DNA from: a virus
Taxonomy: Duplodnaviria > Caudoviricetes
Direction: 5' to 3' (one strand)
DNA length: 64,000 bases
IMG/VR virus record: IMGVR_UViG_2883475777_000001
The notes beneath the pieces were generated by a model. It did not search any database and was not told the origin of the DNA. It saw only the letters and a list, made by a program, of their open reading frames with translations. Of this stretch, positions 61,891 to 64,000 are shown piece after piece (positions within the stretch are counted from its first letter, which is position 1; every line of letters begins with the position of its first letter). The position numbers were made by a program, and so were the translations under genes.

Positions 61891-63503
61891 ACTTTCGCCT
61901 CCGTGAGTTCAGACTTGATCTCTTCCATGATCTCAAGGATTCGACGCTCTTTCGCCAAGATGTCATCAGCTAGCTGCTGAGGAGGCAGATGTTCCATAGC
62001 CTCGGCGCTCTTCGGATTCTTGAGGTCGAGATTGCATGCTACGAGCGAATCGGACTCGTCGTACTCCAATACCTCGTCGGCGGATACGCGCCACGCGTAG
62101 TCGTTCTCGCGGCGGCGATTAAGCTGGAACCATCGGATGCAGTCCGTGAATTCGTCGAATTGAAGCGGCTTGGTCTTTGTGTAGTTGCGACGCCCCTCCG
62201 GCAATGGAACCTCGTAATACCAAATGTCTTTGGTCGGCCCCGACCTATCGAAGAACAGAAGGTTCGTCGGGATTGCGGTATAGGGGGCGAACACGCCGTT
62301 GGGCAGCCTCACGATCGTATGAAGATTGAACTCTTTGAGCAGTTCTTCTTTGATGCGAGCGCAAACGCCGTCGCCGAACAGCGTGCCATTGGGTACGACG
62401 ATTGCTGCGCGGCCGCCCCGTTCCGACTTTGCAGTGGGTTTGCGTAGCTTACGCATGATGAGTTGCAAGAATAGCAAGGCCGTTTCGCTGGTCCGTTTGT
62501 CGGCAGGGAAGTTCCCGCGAATGCCAGCTTCCTCCTCGCCACCGAATGGTGGATTCGTCAGGATCACGTCCACGCGGTCCTTCGGTCCCAACTCCGTAAT
62601 CTTCACGGCCAAGCTGTTGCCATACTGAATGGCTGGCGCGTCAAGCCCGTGCAATAAAAGATTCATTTGCGACAGCATGTAGGGGAGCGGTTTGGCCTCG
62701 CCACCATGAATACTCCGCTGCTGAAGAACCTTGCGGTCCTGCGCCCGATTGCACTGTTTTTCCAAGTGGGCGAACGCTTCGGCCAAGAATCCACCGGTCC
62801 CACAGGCCGGGTCGAGCACGACCTCGCCGAGCTGTGGGTTCGTTACCGCCACCATGAATTGAATGACTGGGCGCGGTGTGTAGAACTCGCCGGAATCGCC
62901 GGCGGCGTCCCGCATCTCGCGGAGCATCGACTCGTATAGCCGAGCAAGCGTGTGAATCTCCTCGGATGAATCGAAATGTATGCCGTCGACGAGGTTGACC
63001 ACGTCCCGCATAAGGTAGCCGGAGATCATCCGATTGTTCACGCCCTCAAAAACCGTGGCAATCACGTCGCGCCGCCGATCGCCATTGGATGATCGCAGAC
63101 CGCGCAAGTAGGCCAGTAGGCCAGCTCCTCGCTTGCCGTCGGGTCGAACGGCATCTTCCTGGTTCACGAAGGCGATCAGTTCGTCGCCAGTGATGCCGTC
63201 CTTCATCGCCGCCCAATCGCGCCAGCGGTATGGGGCTTCGACGGCCGACTTGTACTTTTTGCCAGCGATGCCCGCGCGGGCCTCTTCCAACCTTTCGCGG
63301 TCGTCGAGGAATTTCAGGAACATGATCCAGGTTAGCAAGGGGAGGCGATCCAAGTCGCCGTTGAGGCCCTTGTCTTTCCGCATGATGTCGCGCGCGGATT
63401 TGATGAGAGTAGACAATTGCTGTGCCGTTGTTTTTGGCTGTTCCGCCTTTTTGGGCTTCTTGCGTGTTGTCTTCTTAGCCGTCTTGGCCTTTTTCTTCGC
63501 CAT
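61887..63503 (-). CDS. hsdM: Type I R-M methyltransferase subunit
   Basis: GEFYTPR, DPACGTGGFL, TNPPFGG, FAPYTAIPTN. Confidence 0.95.
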   Translation of the reverse strand: MAKKKAKTAKKTTRKKPKKAEQPKTTAQQLSTLIKSARDIMRKDKGLNGDLDRLPLLTWIMFLKFLDDRERLEEARAGIAGKKYKSAVEAPYRWRDWAAMKDGITGDELIAFVNQEDAVRPDGKRGAGLLAYLRGLRSSNGDRRRDVIATVFEGVNNRMISGYLMRDVVNLVDGIHFDSSEEIHTLARLYESMLREMRDAAGDSGEFYTPRPVIQFMVAVTNPQLGEVVLDPACGTGGFLAEAFAHLEKQCNRAQDRKVLQQRSIHGGEAKPLPYMLSQMNLLLHGLDAPAIQYGNSLAVKITELGPKDRVDVILTNPPFGGEEEAGIRGNFPADKRTSETALLFLQLIMRKLRKPTAKSERGGRAAIVVPNGTLFGDGVCARIKEELLKEFNLHTIVRLPNGVFAPYTAIPTNLLFFDRSGPTKDIWYYEVPLPEGRRNYTKTKPLQFDEFTDCIRWFQLNRRRENDYAWRVSADEVLEYDESDSLVACNLDLKNPKSAEAMEHLPPQQLADDILAKERRILEIMEEIKSELTEAKV

Positions 63504-63507
63504 GTGT

Positions 63508-64000
63508 TCAGTTCGCCTTACTATTCCAATGGTCCCATAGTCCGTCGTCGGCTCTTCCAGTCGCCCCCTTGGGTCGGCGACCTTCCCAAATCATTACAGC
63601 GAGCTTCTCGACAGCCCCTGCATGCTTTGGGTCCCAGCCCAAGCGAATCAGTTGCTGGCGAATCAACTCTGGCGTCACGCCCTCCTGCTTGTGGTAGAGC
63701 GTTTCCAAGGTTCGGATCGCACTCGCGCGATCGCTCGGATGCCAATGCCTGTATTGAGATTCACTCCATGAGTAAGCGAGTCGAGAGCGATGAATGCTGC
63801 ACCTGTGGTCGGCTCCGATTGCTGCGTCTCAGGAGCAGCGTCCTGACCAAGCTCTGTTGCATGCCAAGTTTGAACCCACTGGTCACAGTCGCCGTCGCTC
63901 CAGGGAACATACAAAACAGAGGCGTTCCCCGAGATGCCGTCGACCACATCCAACAATTCTTGGCCACCATATATCGCAAGAATCGGACCGTCGAAGTTGT
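63508..64000 (-). pseudogene. Probable frameshifted hypothetical gene, truncated at the window edge
   Basis: Frame entering from the edge reads ...VNLNTGIG, and an adjacent frame continues HPSDRASAIRTL...GWDPKHA to TGA 63508; a 1-nt loss near 63742 would join them. Confidence 0.4.

Noticed and set aside
63508-63708. hsdR remnant
   Set aside because: GWD and RADD superficially recall the HsdR N-terminus, but the segment joins an upstream frame that has no HsdR motifs.

Overview
A nested mobile-element region. The SHD1-domain protease, gene style and prophage gene set suggest a planctomycete host (inference). Left to right: (1) 1-4766, an integrative-element module with a divergent XRE repressor, an excisionase-like HTH and a large serine recombinase. 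(2) 4831-13288, cargo including two large paralogous proteins of unknown function. (3) About 13462-60731, a minus-strand lambda-like (siphovirus-type) prophage: XRE/ImmA, phage sigma factor, recombination and replication genes, ParB-methylase, terminase, head and tail genes, then a poly-Ser protein and five glycosylation/methylation enzymes. (4) 60733-64000, type I hsdS/hsdM and a frameshifted gene. Two systems stand out. First, the prophage portal gene is split in frame by a 10,447-bp serine-recombinase element (27507-37958). Its junctions rebuild a 48-bp dyad attP with a central AA dinucleotide, and it carries its own protease-capsid gene, sigma factor and helicase. It looks like a capsid-encoding satellite whose excision restores the helper's portal. 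Second, a MerR-controlled metal cassette inside the head region encodes a putative 420-aa lipoprotein with three in-frame TGA codons, all at CxxC cysteine positions (UxxU and UxxC) and followed by SECIS-like hairpins. This is a predicted triple-selenocysteine metal-binding protein that the ORF track breaks into fragments. No rRNA, tRNA or CRISPR array was seen. All family assignments come from motif recognition by eye; no database searches were run.
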